A stretch of 64,000 nucleotides of DNA from Mobula hypostoma (taxonomy: Eukaryota). Shown here piece by piece: positions 39,598-52,735 of this stretch. The position numbers and the translations under genes were made by a program. The stretch spans positions 107,820,001-107,884,000 of the forward strand of contig NC_086097.1 in the NCBI RefSeq assembly GCF_963921235.1. The letters run 5' to 3'. The notes below the pieces were generated by a model. That model saw only the letters and a program-made list of their open reading frames with translations. It made no database searches and was not told the origin of the DNA. The stretch's first letter is position 1, and each line of letters starts with the position of its first letter.

Positions 39598-42275
39598 AGA
39601 ACATAGAAACATAGAAAACCTCCACCACCATGGCTGGCAGCCCATTCCACGCACTCACCACTCTCTGCATAAAAAACTTACCCCTGACATCTCCTCTGTA
39701 CCTACTTCCAAGCACCTTAAAACTATGCCCTCTCGTGCTAGCCATTTCAGCCCTGGGAAAAAGCCTCTGACTATCCACACAATCAATGCCTCTCATCATC
39801 TTATACACCTCTATCAGATCACCTCTCATTCTCCATCGCTCCAAGGAGAAAAGGCCAAGTTCACTCAACCTATTCTCATAAGGTATGCTCTCCAATCCAG
39901 GCAACATCCATGTAGATCTCCTCTGCACCCTTTCTATAGTTTCCACGTCCTTCCTGTAGTGAGGTGATCAGAACTGAGCACCGTACTCCAAGTGGGGTCT
40001 GACCAGGGTCCTATATAGCTGTAGCATTACCTCTCGGCTCTTAAATTCAATCCCACGGTTGATGAAGGCCGATACACTGTATGCCTTTTTAACCACACAG
40101 TGAACCTGCGCAGCAGCTTTGAGTGTCCAATGGACTTGGACTCCAAGATCCTTCTGATCCTCCACACTGCCAAGATTCTTACCATTAATACTATATTCCG
40201 CCATCATATTTGACCTACCAAAATGAACCACCTCACACTTATCTGGGTTGAACTCCATTTGCCACTTCTCAGCCCAGTTTTGCATCCTATCAATGTCCCG
40301 CTGTAGCTTCCGACAGCCCTCCACACTATCCATAACACCCCCATCCTTTGTGTCATCAGCAAATTTACTAACCCATCCCTCCACTTCCTCATCCAGGTCA
40401 CTTATAAAAATCACGAAGAGAAGGGGTCCCAGAACAGATCCCTGAGGCACACCACTGGTTATCAACCTCCATGCAGAATATGACCCATCTACAACCACTC
40501 TTTGCCTTCTGTGTGCAAGCCAGTTCTGGATCCACAAAGCAATGTCCCCTTGGATCCCATGCCTCCTTACTTTCTCAATAAGCTTTGAATGGGGTACCTT
40601 ATCAAATACCTTGCTGAAATCCATATACACTACATCTACTGCTCTACCTTCATCAATGTGTTTAGTCACATCCTCAGAAAATTCAATCAGGGCATGTAAG
40701 GCACGACCTGCCTTTGATAAAGCCATGCTGACTATTCCTAATCAGATTATGCCTCTCCTAATGTTCATAAATCCTGCCTCTCAGGATCTTCTCCATCAAC
40801 TTACCAGCCACTGAGGTAAGACTCACTGATCTGTAATTTCCTGGGCTATCTCTACTCCATTTCTTGAATAAGGGAACAACATCCAAAACCCTCTAATTCT
40901 CCGGATCCTCTCCCATCCCCATTGATGATGCAAAGATCATCGCCAGAGGCTCAGCAATTGCCTCCCTTGCTTCCCACAGTAGCCTGGGGTATATTTCATC
41001 CGGTCCAGGTGACTTATCCAACCTGATGCTTTCCAAAAGCTCCACCATATCCCTCTTTCTTAATGTCTATATGCTCAAGCTTTTCAGTCCACTGTAAGTC
41101 AACCCTACAATCGCCGTAGTGAATACTGAAGCAAAGTATTCAGTAAGTACCTCCATTACCTCCTACGGTTCCATACACACTTTTTACAGTCACGCTTGAT
41201 TGGTCCTAATCTCTTACGTCTTATCCTCTCGCTCTACACATACTTGTAGAATGCCTTGGGATTTTCCTTAATCCTGCTCGCCAAGGCCTTCTCAAGGCCC
41301 CTTCTGGCTCTCCTAATTTCATTCCTAAACTCCTTTCTGCTAGCCTTATAATTTTCTAGATCTCTATCATTGCCTAGTTTTTTGAACCTATCATAAGCTT
41401 TTCTTTTCTTCTTGAATAGATTTTCAACTGCCTTTGTACACCACAGTTCCTGTACTCTATCATCCTTTCCCTGTTTCATTGGAACGTACCCATGCAGAAC
41501 GCCATGCAAATATACCCTGAACATTTGCCACATTTCTGCCATACATTTCCCGGAGAACATCAGTTCCCAATTTATGCTTCCAAGTTCCTGCCTGATAACT
41601 TCGTATTTCCCCTTACTCCAATTAAACGCTTTCCTAACTTGCCTGTTCCTATCTCTCTCCAAAGCTATGGTAAAGGAGATAGAATTGTGATCACTATCTC
41701 CAAAATGCTCTCCCACTGAGAAATCTGACACCTATCATTTCCCAATACCAGATCAAGTACAGCCTCTCCTCTTTGTAGGCTTATCTACATACTGTGTCAG
41801 GATACCTTCCTGAACAGACCTGACAAACTCCATGCCATCTAAACACCTCGCTCTGGGGAGATGCCAATCAATATTGGGAAGTTAAAGCCCCCCCATCATG
41901 ACAACCCAGTTATTACTGCACCGTTCCAGAATCTGTCTCCCTATCTGCTCCTCAATGTCCCTGTTACTATTGGGTGGTCGATAAAAAAATACCCAGTGGA
42001 GCTATTGACCCCTTCCTGTTCTTAACTTCCACCACAGAGACTCAGTAGACAATCCCTCCATGACTTCCTCCTTTTCTGCAGCTGTGACAGTATCTCTGAT
42101 CAACAGTGCCACACCCCCACGTCTTTTGCCTCCTTCCTTGTCCTTTCTGAAACACCTAAAGCCTGGCACTCTAAGTAGCCATTCCTGCCCTTGAGCCATC
42201 TGTAATGGCCTCAATATCATAGCTCCAAGTACTGATCCACGCTCTAAGCTCATCCGCTTTGTTCTTGATGCTTCT
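39598..42275 (-). mobile_element. CR1 subfamily D, nearly whole ORF2, frameshifted
   Basis: ORFs 42002..42355, 41234..41731, 39968..40726, 39566..39946; AGAAACAT-type tail at 39598-39616. Confidence 0.95.
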
Positions 42276-42491
42276 TGCATACAATTCTGCTGTATTTCTT
42301 TTTTAAAAACGTGCAAGAAGATGAATCTCAAGGTTGTAGAGGGTAACATGTACACACTTTGATGATAAATTTACCTTGAGCTTGAGGTTTCAGTAGTGAT
42401 CCTCCAATACCTCTCCTACTCCCCATATCCCTGATTTTCTCTGGTCCTCTTTAGAATCATAGATTTGTACAGCAAAGCAAAATTTCTTTGG

Positions 42492-42853
42492 CTATCGTGC
42501 TTATCCACACAAATCCCAATTCCTGCATTAATTCTGTACTCCCTATGCTGATTATCGTGCCTATCCACACAAATCCCAATTCCTGCATTAATTCCGTATT
42601 CCCCTATGCTGATTATCGTGCCTATCCACACAAATCCTAATTCCTGCATTAATTCCGTATTCCCCTATGCTGATTATCGTGCCTATCCACACAAATCCCA
42701 ATTCCTGCATTAATTCCGTACTCCCCTTTGCTGATTATCGTGCCTATCCACACAAATCCCAATACCTGCATTAATTCCGTATTCCCCTATGCTGATTATC
42801 GTGCCTAACCACACAAATCCCAATACCTGCATTAATTCCGTATTCCCCTATGC
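42492..42853. repeat. Minisatellite, about 6 copies of a 60-61 bp unit
   Basis: Unit TATCGTGCCTATCCACACAAATCCCAATTCCTGCATTAATTCCGTATTCCCCTATGCTGAT, at the 3' UTR end of an old CR1 (42860-43440). Confidence 0.95.
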
Positions 42854-44581
42854 CTTGCTCAGTCAAGTACTTGTCCAGATACTTCTTACTGTTATTGCTG
42901 TACTTACCTCCTCCAGCTCCACCTGCAGCTTATTCCAGATAGCAACTTCTTCCAGTGATTAAGATTCACCCCTCAGATCCCCTTTAAACCTTTTCCTTTT
43001 CACATTACACCTATGTCCTCCAGTATTAGACACTAGTACCATGGGAAACAGGCTCTGGCTATCTACCAGAGGTCTTTCATATTTTTATATACCTCTATCA
43101 TGTCACTTCTGAGCTTGCTCTGCTGCAGGAAAAACAGATCCAATCACTCCTGATAATGCAGGCAAATTCTTTGTGAAGTTTTTCTACACCTTCTCCAGCA
43201 CAATCACACTCCTCTCTTGCATAACCGCAAAAAGAATCAGACACTAACCTCTAGGACTGGTCTAATCAGCATTTTATACACTGTAACACGATATTCCAAC
43301 TCTTTTCATTATTGCCTCAGCCGCGTAAGATTAACAGGCCATAAGCCCTCTTCACCACCCTGTCTTATTTGTGTTGGCACTTCCAGGGAACTATGTACTT
43401 GTACACCTAGGTTTCTCTGTTTAACGACACTCGATAGGAGCTGTGTATGTCCTCACCTGGTGTAATTTACATCACAGTCATCACTACCATCCCAGTTCTC
43501 TCTAGTTCCACCCAGTTTACTCTGCCAGGCAGCAACAAATTATGTGTCCTCCTGCTTTCTCTGAGCCTCAGCACTTCCCCGCTCTTTGTCTCACATTTTC
43601 TGCATCTGCATCCCTTCGCACTTGTTCCTTCTTCACCTTACTTCACTCCTCCCTGTTTCCCTCCCTCTTCTCTTCCTCCCTACCATCTTCTACTGCAGTA
43701 ATTGGCCCAAAGATGTAGATTTCATTTTTTTTGCCAAACAGATTTTTACCAATATATGTTAACTAGATATCATCTAGTTTTAAAACATTTCTGACAAGAT
43801 GCGGCAAAAAATAATCTGTCTGACGATGAAGAAACATAACATCAGTTCCATATTCTCAAATCTTATTGAAACTAGCGGATTCCTATTTCACATTATTGAG
43901 CTGTTTGCAATATCTTCACAAAAATGTAAAGGCTGTCTTTTTTTGATAATGATTATTCAGTTTGATCAGTTAAGCAGCATCCTTATTGAATAGGACACCA
44001 GTTTCAAAGGGTCGTATGACCCACTCCTGTTTCTTTTTATGTTCTTATATTCTTTACCTTTTTTACCTCGAACAAAATATCTTTATTGCTCAGAAAAAAA
44101 TCACCACAGCTGAAGGATGCAACATTACCAAACTATTTTGTGGATAACTCTGATCTATTAGTTGGTGCTGCAAAGAAGACGAAACAACAGGGGCTACATA
44201 ACACTACAAAATGGAAAGGAAATTAAGATGGGAACGAGGATAAGGCAAACATCAGCTAGCAGCAATGAAACAAATAAAAATTGGCAACAAGAATCCATAA
44301 GGCTTAATCAATTTGGAACAACTTAACAGCAGATGCTACATCAGAAAAAAACAAACAGGACTAGCCATCTTGAAACCATTTCTAGAATAACCTAGACGTA
44401 TTGAGAAAGATCAAGATATCATGACCAAAAGGAAAGTCCACTTACTAAACGCAGTTTTGATTTCACTATCATTCTGGCTGCTTGACCTGATCATTCACTA
44501 AAGCACTGGCACTGCACATAAAGCAAATGAATCAGTGAAGGATCAAATCAGACACAAATTTGGCACATTACTCAAGGACAC

Positions 44582-44670
44582 GCACTCAGTGGCCACTTTA
44601 TTAGGTACACCTGCTCATTAATGCAAACATCTAATCAGCCAATCATGCGGCAACAACTCAATGCACAAAA
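44582..44670. mobile_element. Tc1-like terminal fragment
   Basis: CACTCAGTGGCCACTTTATTAGGTACACCTG...ATCAGCCAATCA. Confidence 0.55.
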
Positions 44671-45029
44671 GTTAACTTGTGATGTTATCTTTATTTAAAA
44701 CTGTGAACTCTGGCTGCACTTACTATAAAAATGCAGCTTTCTCGTGGAATGAAAATATAGTCCATTGATGATACAGCTCTGGTGTTAAAGCACCAAACAT
44801 CATTTCATAACTTCCTATTTTGTGGGACTGCTCTAGATAGCATGCCTGAAACTAAATTATATCTGACAAATATTTATATCTTCAATATTATTTCAGATCT
44901 GAAGCATTTCTCAATCTCTTGCACAACACAGAGAAAAATGGGTTCTTCCGGTCTTGAATCTTGTATCAAAGGACTTCCTCTGGCCAAAGAATTACAAATG
45001 AAAATTGATTTTTGTGAATACAAACTCAC

Positions 45030-45073
45030 CATATTCATTTATTGGGCTCCATATACCATAACTACAATTATAC
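45030..45073 (-). CDS. Candidate host exon ((R)YNCSYGIWSPINEY), 44 nt
   Basis: Acceptor caattctgcag, consensus donor gtgagt, only one frame open (phase 2 to 1). Confidence 0.5.
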
Positions 45074-46699
45074 CTGCAGAATTGACTGATAATCTGGAAC
45101 TAAAATAGGTTTCTTGCTGAATAGATGGGGATGGCCTGATTCACTTGGATGAAAAACTTCATTTTGAAATTTCAGGTGTAAAACATGATTTTTTTTTTCT
45201 CTCCTTCAGTTTTCCTTGTTAGGAAAATTTGCAACTTCTCTATCAATGTTATAATTACATTCTTTTAATACACTCTTATTTTATTTCCAGCAGCTAACAT
45301 AAATTCTGGCCAGGGGCAAATCATATAATAGAGGTTACAAAATTTGTTTCTAGGTGCCATAAATTTTCATAAAATTTTCATTTTAAGCAACATTGTATCT
45401 TATCTTTTCATAACAGAACCACATTCAAATCAAATAGGAATTTATGTTTTAAGTTGATGACATTATCAGAACTAAGAAAAGTTAGACATCAAATGTCTTC
45501 AGTTGCAGAAAAGGGGAGAAGTCTGGAGAGAACAAAGGGAATGTCTGTGATAGGATGGAGTCCAAAAGTGATTGAATGAAACAAATGAGGGTGGTACTGG
45601 CTGAGAGAAGGTAGCAGTATCTGTAGAAAGCCAAACTGAGTTAACATTTTAGATAAAAGATTTTCTATCTATTCGAATCAGGGAAGTAATAAACCAAGTT
45701 AATTTTAAGCTGCAGAGAGGGCGGAGAAGGGATGGATGGGGACATAGGGAATAGTGAAGCCAAAGTTGCCATAGGACCAAGCTATAGATTTGGAGAGCAC
45801 AGGACAACTTTTTCAAGTTTGGTTTTCCTGACAGTGAACTCAATAGAAGATAAATATCAAAAACCTGCAGAAACTCTCTCTTCTGCAGTTTCCTTTTTTT
45901 GATTTTCATAGAGAGTTAGACTGGCAGAGGGATGGAATTAAAATAAAAGACAACTGGAAATTCAGATTTGCCTTTGTGCTCTAAGTGACTCTCGTAATGA
46001 CAATTCTAAAAACTGACACAGACTTCATACACAATTGTCATTATGAAATATGAAAATAATTTGATACGTATCAATTCTTGACAATAATTTTTAAGTTTAT
46101 GCAAATATACTTGTTTCCTGTGCAATTAATTATTTAAAATTACTTGATTTCTATGGATGCCAAAGGAACCAGCAAATCACTATTTCCACTCCCATTCATA
46201 TTGGGTCGCATGTACCATCACCCTGATGTTGCTGTCCACCTGTCCTTGAGTCATGCAGCTTGTGCTAGTATTGCTACAGTGAGAGACTTCTGCATGGGAT
46301 TTAGTTTCCAGAATACTGGCCAGCTGTACAGACACAAAGGTTGCAATAGCTAATGAGGTTCTATGCTCAGGTTCACATTTACCAGTGTCATTAAGTTAAA
46401 CTGAGTGTCTGTAAATGTTTTTAGATTCACAAATTTTCAGAAACACCTAGAATCTGACTAGAAGTATTATAAAAATTAATACAAAAAAGTTCTTTAAATA
46501 TTTGACAACTATTAAACTTGCTAGCTAAAAAAACTACTGAAACCAACAACAAAATAATTTATAAAAATCTCTAATGTTCTTATAGTAGCCAATTTCTCCC
46601 ATTGCTCTGAATCAGAAATGTTGTGTTTGCTCAACATTTAGGCCCTCCAAAACTTGCCGTTGTTCACACAACTTGGGTCTTAAGAGTAGCTAGTAAAGT

Positions 46700-47225
46700 A
46701 TTTTAATTCCGATTCCCACTTCTGTTCCAACCTATCAGTCCGTGGCCTCCTCTTGTGCCAAGAAGAGGCCACCCTTAGTGTGGAGGAGCAACACCTTATA
46801 TTCCATCTGGGTAGCCTCCAAACTGAATACATGAATATCAATTTCTTCTTCCAGAAAAAAATTCCCTCCTCCTCCCCCTTCTCTTATTCGGCACTCTAGC
46901 CTTTTACCTTTACTCACCTGCCTATTACTTCCCCGGAGATTCCCTCTTCCTTCCCTTTCTCTTATTGTCCATCCTCCTCTCATATCAGATTCCTTCTTCT
47001 CCAGCCCTTCACTTTTCCCACCCATTTGGCTTCACCTATCTCCTTCTAGCCTCCTCTCCCTCCACCCACTATTTTATTCTGGCGTCTTTCCCCTTGCATT
47101 TCAGTCTTGAAGAAGGATCTTGGCCCAAAACTTAGACTTAATTCATTGCCTGAGCTGCTGAGTTCCTCCAGCATTTTAAGTGCGTTGCTTTGGATTTCTC
47201 ATATCTGCAGGCTTTCTCGTGTTAG
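46700..47225 (+). mobile_element. Penelope-like 3' fragment with degenerate hammerhead
   Basis: EEQHLIFHLGSLQ-coding stretch and terminal repeat colinear with 24600-25069. Confidence 0.8.
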
Positions 47226-47719
47226 TAAAATATTTAATGTGTGGCTTTATTTGCACAAAATTTCTGAGGCTTTAAGAAGCTTCCAATAGATTGGAAAGTA
47301 GGAAGTGTGACTCCTTTGCTCAAAGGGGGAGAGAGGAAGTAGGAAAGTAAAGGCCAACCAGCTTAACATCCATCACAGGAAAATAGGAATTATTCTTAAA
47401 CATTTTGTATCAGGACACTTAGATAATCAGGAAAAGGAAATCTTCTTTGACCAATTTACTGGCAATCTTTGAAGAAATAACATGTACTCTGGATAGAAGT
47501 GATGGAGACTGCACAAGGATTTCCAGAAAGCATTCAATAAGGTGCTGCATCAAAAAACTAAACACATGGTCTAAGAGATACTGGCAGAGACAGAAGATGG
47601 TCTGGCTATCGCAAAACAGAGAGTAGGCAGAAATATATTTTTTTCCTGCTCTATAATTTACTTATCTTTATTTATTGTGATACCTTTGGGATACACAGAA
47701 TAAACCCTTCCAGCCTTCC

Positions 47720-48210
47720 AAGCGCTACATGTTTGGACTGTGGGAGGAAACCAGAGCACCCAGAGGAAACCCATGTGGTCATGGGGAGAATGTACAAACT
47801 CCTGCAAACAGCAGCAGGAAATACCTGCATTGCTGGTACTGTAAAGCGTTGTGCTAATCACATTGCTGGTACTGTAAAGCGTCGTGCTAATCACATTGCT
47901 GGTACTGTAAAGCGTCGTGCTAATCACATTGCTGGTACTGTAAAGCGTCGTGCTAATCACATTGCTGGTACTGTAAAGCGTCGTGCTAATCACATTGCTG
48001 GTACTGTAAAGCGTCGTGCTAATCACATTGCTGGTACTGTAAAGCGTCGTGCTAATCACATTGCTGGTACTGTAAAGCGTCGTGCTAATCACATTGCTGG
48101 TACTGTAAAGCGTCGTGCTAATCACATTGCTGGTACTGTAAAGCGTTGTGCTAATCACATTGCTGGTACTGTAAAGCGTCGTGCTAATCACTACACTACC
48201 ATGCCGCCCC
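47720..48210 (-). mobile_element. tRNA-derived SINE with expanded head region
   Basis: Minus strand GGGCGGCATGGTAGTGTAGTGATTAGCAC head and typical body. Confidence 0.7.
47828..48191. repeat. Tandem repeat, 11 x 33 bp, near-perfect
   Basis: Unit CATTGCTGGTACTGTAAAGCGTCGTGCTAATCA; no spacers. Confidence 0.98.
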
Positions 48211-50116
48211 AAGATGAAACAAATGGTGCTCCATAATGAACAATTTAAACGAACAACTTGTTCGATGGCTGGTTTGTTTGTGAAAAAGGATAGGTGGAAA
48301 AATAAATCCTGAAGAAGAGGAAGATACAGATATAGTAAGTGAGCAGAAAAATACCCGGCAAATGGAGTATATTGTGAACAATATTGAAATTGTCCACTTT
48401 GATAGGAAAAATTTTTAAAAATTGATTTCAAAGCTGAGACCAACAGTCCCGAATATCCATCCTCTCAACTGTGCATCTGTGTTGAAATGTTTCTTTTCAG
48501 ATTTTGGCTGCCCAGATCTCCTGCAATCTTACTTATTTAATCAGTTTGTCTAGTAGGTACTGATAATAAAATGTTAAATAATCAAATAATATAAATAAGA
48601 TAATCAAATGTTATACAATGGAGTGAAAGGAATTAGAGTTTAATGAGTGGAGTGGGGAATAAATTAAGGGATTACAGGTTAGACAGGTCAGTGAGAAGCT
48701 CCTAGCATTCACTTTCAGGTTAGACCCATATATCAACCCCAAAATTATGTAATCCACTCATTAGTTTTCTCAGCAATAGAGGATCTTAAGAGCATTCCTG
48801 ACTTCCAACAATTCAACTAACTCAAGACTGATTTATACTTCAATTTTATTTTCCTATCTTTGTTATTTTATATCCTATAGCCATGCCTAACATAAATCAA
48901 TCAGCCGTGCATATGTACTTTGCAAGTTCATTCCTACGCAGTCTAACTCCAACTTTACAATTACTCTCATTCCAGTGAGGTCTGGAACATCTCCAGTTAT
49001 CCCTGCCAAGAGTCCAATGCTGAGAATGGAGCTTTGTCTTCTATTACAGCTCACAGTGTTTTCAATGGTTTTCAAATGTCTCTGCAGTTTAAAATTACTA
49101 AGATTTAAATAAATAAATATTTTAAAAATATTTAACTAAATTAAAAGTGCAGAACACTTCAATTTAACTAAATTAATAATGAGGTTTTTTTTCTCCCCGC
49201 TCTTGTTCTGCAAATCTAGAATCATCCCCAGTCACTGTGGTCCCAGATTCTATGCCATGTCAGGCCTAGTGTACGATCCAAATGGCGACTCACCAGAGCG
49301 GTGCTAGGGAATCTCAGCAGGACTGTGCTCCACCAGTGGATGCCATGTGGAGACACTACATAGAGTGTTGTGGCAGATGCAGCACCATCTGTCATTCAGT
49401 AAGTCACTCACAGCATGCATGTGCTGTTCCGGAACTGACTTTCATTCAGATGGCTTGGTGCCAGCAGTTCACAACCAACAAGATACAGTCCATCAGTTTA
49501 CTCCCCCAGACTCTGCAGAGAAAGCAGGGGAGACTTCCAATGCTCCATGTTTTGTAGGCAAAAAAAATAGACCTGACAGAATAGTAACACTGTAAAACAT
49601 CACCCATTCAACGCTATACAGACATTACTTGAGAGGTATATACTGTATTTCCTGCTTCACGTTTCCAACATCCAAGTCCTATAAGTACAAAAGAAACAGG
49701 AATCTATGTGCACATCTACAGTCACGACAGTATGTGGTTTATCCGACTACAAGTGGTGACATTAATTCACTTTGCATATGTAGAGGTGGGTTATCACACT
49801 TCGGATGTTACAATTCCCGCCAAAAGTTTAACACAAGTCCCTCTGTTGCTCGAGGTTGACCATGAATTTTGTAACCTAGCTGTCTACGTGATACACAAGC
49901 CAGGGCAGTACGATATGGACAGCAAGTTGTTGCCCATGCAGCAGGTTCCCCCTCTCCAAACAGCTGATGAATCTAAAGGAATAACAGAGACCGACACAGT
50001 TTGGCACCAGTGGTGTTCCAGGAGTTGCCAGTCAGCATGGAACTCGATGGAGGACTGCCTTCGGGACTCTAGCTCTGGATATTTCCTTCGGGAAGACTTC
50101 CTCATGAATGGGTATA

Positions 50117-51016
50117 GCCACATAATTCTCCGCAACTTCCGCCATCTCCAATGGGATCCCACCACCAAGCACACCTTTCCCTCTCCCTCACTTTCTGCTT
50201 TCAGCAGGGATCACTCCCGACACAACTCCCTTGTCTATTCCTCCCTCCCCAATGATCTCCCTCTTGGCACAAGTGCCATACCTGTCCCTACACCTCCTCC
50301 CTCAATACCATTCAGGGCCCCTAACAGTCCTACCAGATGAGGTGGTCATTCAGCTGTGAGTCAGTTGGGGTCGTATACTGTGTCTGGTGTTCCCAGTGTG
50401 GCCTCCTGCATATCGGTGAGACCCGACCTAGACTGGGAGACCGCTTTGCCGAGCACCTATGCTCCATTCACCAGAAAAAGTGGAATCTCCCAGTGGCCAC
50501 CCATTTTAATTCCACTTCCCATTCTGTTATGTCCATTCATGGCTTACTCCACTGTCGTGATGAGGCCACACTCAGGTTGGAGAAACAACACCTTATATTT
50601 CATCTGGGTAGCCTCCATCCTGATGAAATTAACATCCATTTCTCGAACTTCTATTAATTCCCCCCCTTCACCATTCCCCATCCCCTTTTCCCTCTCTCAC
50701 CTTATTCCCTTGCCCGCCCATTGCCTCTCTCTGGTGCTCCTCCCCTCTTTTCTTTCTTCCATGGCCTTCTGTCCTCTTCTATCAGACCGGCCCTTCTCCA
50801 GCCCTGTATCTGCATTTCACCAGTCACCTTCTGTTTCTTTCTCCCCCCATCATTTAAATCCCCTCCTCAGCTTTTTTTTTGCAGTCCTGCTGAAGAATCT
50901 CAGCCCAAAAGGTCGACTGTACTCTTTTCCATAGATGCTGCCTGGCCTGCTGAGTTCCTCCAACATTTGGTGTATATTGTTTGATTTCCAGCATCTGCAG
51001 ATTTTCTCTTGTTTGT
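50117..51016 (+). mobile_element. Penelope-like element fragment (GIY-YIG plus terminal repeat)
   Basis: ORF 50337..50657 GVVYCVWCSQCGLLHIGETRPRLGDRFAEH; degenerate hammerhead at ~50883-50918. Confidence 0.9.
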
Positions 51017-51211
51017 CATTACGTTAGTTTTATATTTTTCTTATGAAGTTGCACTCTCAACAACATAAGGAATTCAATACCACAGATGGCTGTGGAGGTC
51101 AAATCATTAGGCATGCTTAAAGCAGAGGTTCAGGTTCTTGATTAGTACAGGTGTCAAAGGTTACAGGGAGAATGGGGTTGAGAGGGATAATAACTCTGCC
51201 ATAATGGAAGG

Positions 51212-52472
51212 CAGGGTGGAGATATGTCTCTACCAAAGAAGATGTAAGGTGCTCCAACCCTCAGGCTATGTCCACATTAGACCGGATAATTTTGAAAACG
51301 CCGGTTTCAAGTAAAAACGACAGGCCTCCACACTAGGCGTTTTTCAAAATATCTCTGTCCCCATTAAAACGGATACTTGGGTAATTCTACTCCTACTGGG
51401 CATGCGCTGACACATCTACAGAAACCATATAATATGTTTCTGCTGCGGCATTGTGCTATTTCCATTGGTCAAAAACTACAGTACCAACAACAGCGAAAAA
51501 AGTTTTCAACAATGTCTTCGAGGGATACAAAGAAAACCTCCACTGGAAAAATCAGACCGGACTTCTTCGTTTAGACAGACAATGAAGGTGAGCTGTTTCT
51601 GCGAGTTACTAATGACTACAAAGTCAGCAAAGCAGTGGAGATGTTAACTCCAAACAAGCTATTAACGTAGACAATAAAGTAAACAACACATGCATGAAGC
51701 TGTCCTCTACCCAAGATCAACAAGAGAGTGGAATCTTCTGCCGCCAGACCTGCGCAGTATTTCTGACATTAATATTTTAAAAGATTGACTCAATCAAATC
51801 AGTTTAGGGGATCTAGTCTAAAAAGCTCACTTTACAATTTAACTCTCACACCATTCACACCGACTGCATGTTATAACAGCCATCCGGCAGTACTTGCACA
51901 GTACCAAGCAGAAGCAGAAAAAGCATTGTTGTTGTGGTGTTGTCATGACAGCGTTTTAAAATATCTCCGTTTACCCCATCCACACTGCAATGCCCAACAA
52001 TCGTTTTCAAATTTACACACTCTGGAGAGTGTTTTCAAAAATCTCCGTTTTCGGGGGATGAAAACGCCGTTTCAATGTGGACGGAGGGTCAAAACGAAGA
52101 GAAAAAGCTTCATTTTCAAAATTATCCGGTGTAGTGTGGACGTAGCCTCAGTTAGCCTCTAGGTCACCCTTGGGCAAGGAGTAGCACCTGCTTAGTTCAT
52201 CCCAATCAGGGTCACGTGAAACCATGGGAGCAGGTGGTGAATGATCGTATGAGCAGCTGGTGCACATCACAAGTCCTGGTTATGTGACAACTGCCACCAG
52301 GCAGACAATCTCTGAAGAGTATTGATAAAGATTGGGGTCACCCATCTTGTAAAGACACTTCCCAGAAAAAGGCAATGAAAACTACTTATGTAGAAAAAAC
52401 TCCAAGAACAATCATGGCTATGGAAAGACCATGATCTTCCACGTTATATGACATCGCACATAATGAAGGAAC
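51212..52472 (+). mobile_element. RTE-related short element, interrupted by a Harbinger-type element and itself inside a CR1 3' end
   Basis: AAGGCAATGAAAACTACTT resembles the RTE/BovB AAGGCAATGGCAAACCACT motif; CR1 3' UTR continues either side (ATAATGGAA at ~51201 and ~52475). Confidence 0.5.
51264..52147 (+). mobile_element. PIF/Harbinger-type non-autonomous DNA transposon
   Basis: TIRs GGCTATGTCCACATTAGACCGGATAATTTTGAAAA and TTTTCAAAATTATCCGGTGTAGTGTGGACGTAGCC; 3 bp TSD TCA; Myb/SANT-like remnant from 51512. Confidence 0.8.
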
Positions 52473-52652
52473 GATAATGGAATGGTGGAGTAGACTTGAT
52501 GGGCTGAATAGCCTAATTGTGTTCCTATGTCTTGTGGTCTTGTATGTTCCTTCAGCAACTCTTGCTGAATGATACTATGTTGAACTCACAACTACAAAAA
52601 TTAGGTTTTGTAATACTTTAGCATTCAAAATCAATAGTGATGATTCACTTAC

Positions 52653-52735
52653 CTGACTTGGGAGATGCTCTCATTGATAAAGAAGTATTCATCTACAGCT
52701 GTACTCAGATGGGCTGGATTGCTCAGCAAGTATTT
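52653..52735 (-). CDS. Candidate host exon (KYLLSNPAHLSTAVDEYFFINESISQV(R)), 83 nt
   Basis: Acceptor actttctgctctgtag, consensus donor CAG/gtaagt, only phase 0 is open across the exon. Confidence 0.6.

Noticed and set aside
42492..42853. CRISPR-like array
   Set aside because: Head-to-tail units without unique spacers, eukaryotic context, no cas genes
44446..44486. Exon candidate with gtaagt donor on the minus strand
   Set aside because: No polypyrimidine tract, and including it breaks the phase chain of the other candidates
47658..48443. Repeat-protein ORFs (261 aa minus, 167 aa plus) or a CRISPR-like array
   Set aside because: Contiguous 33 bp units with no spacers inside a SINE; open frames follow from a stop-free unit divisible by three
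49895..50116. Ribozyme in a short repeat containing CTGATGA at ~49964
   Set aside because: No properly placed GAAA or stems for a hammerhead, and I could not build an HDV-like fold by eye; a covariance-model search would settle it
49708..50340. 210 aa plus-strand ORF
   Set aside because: Chance read-through across unique DNA, a short repeat and a PLE fragment
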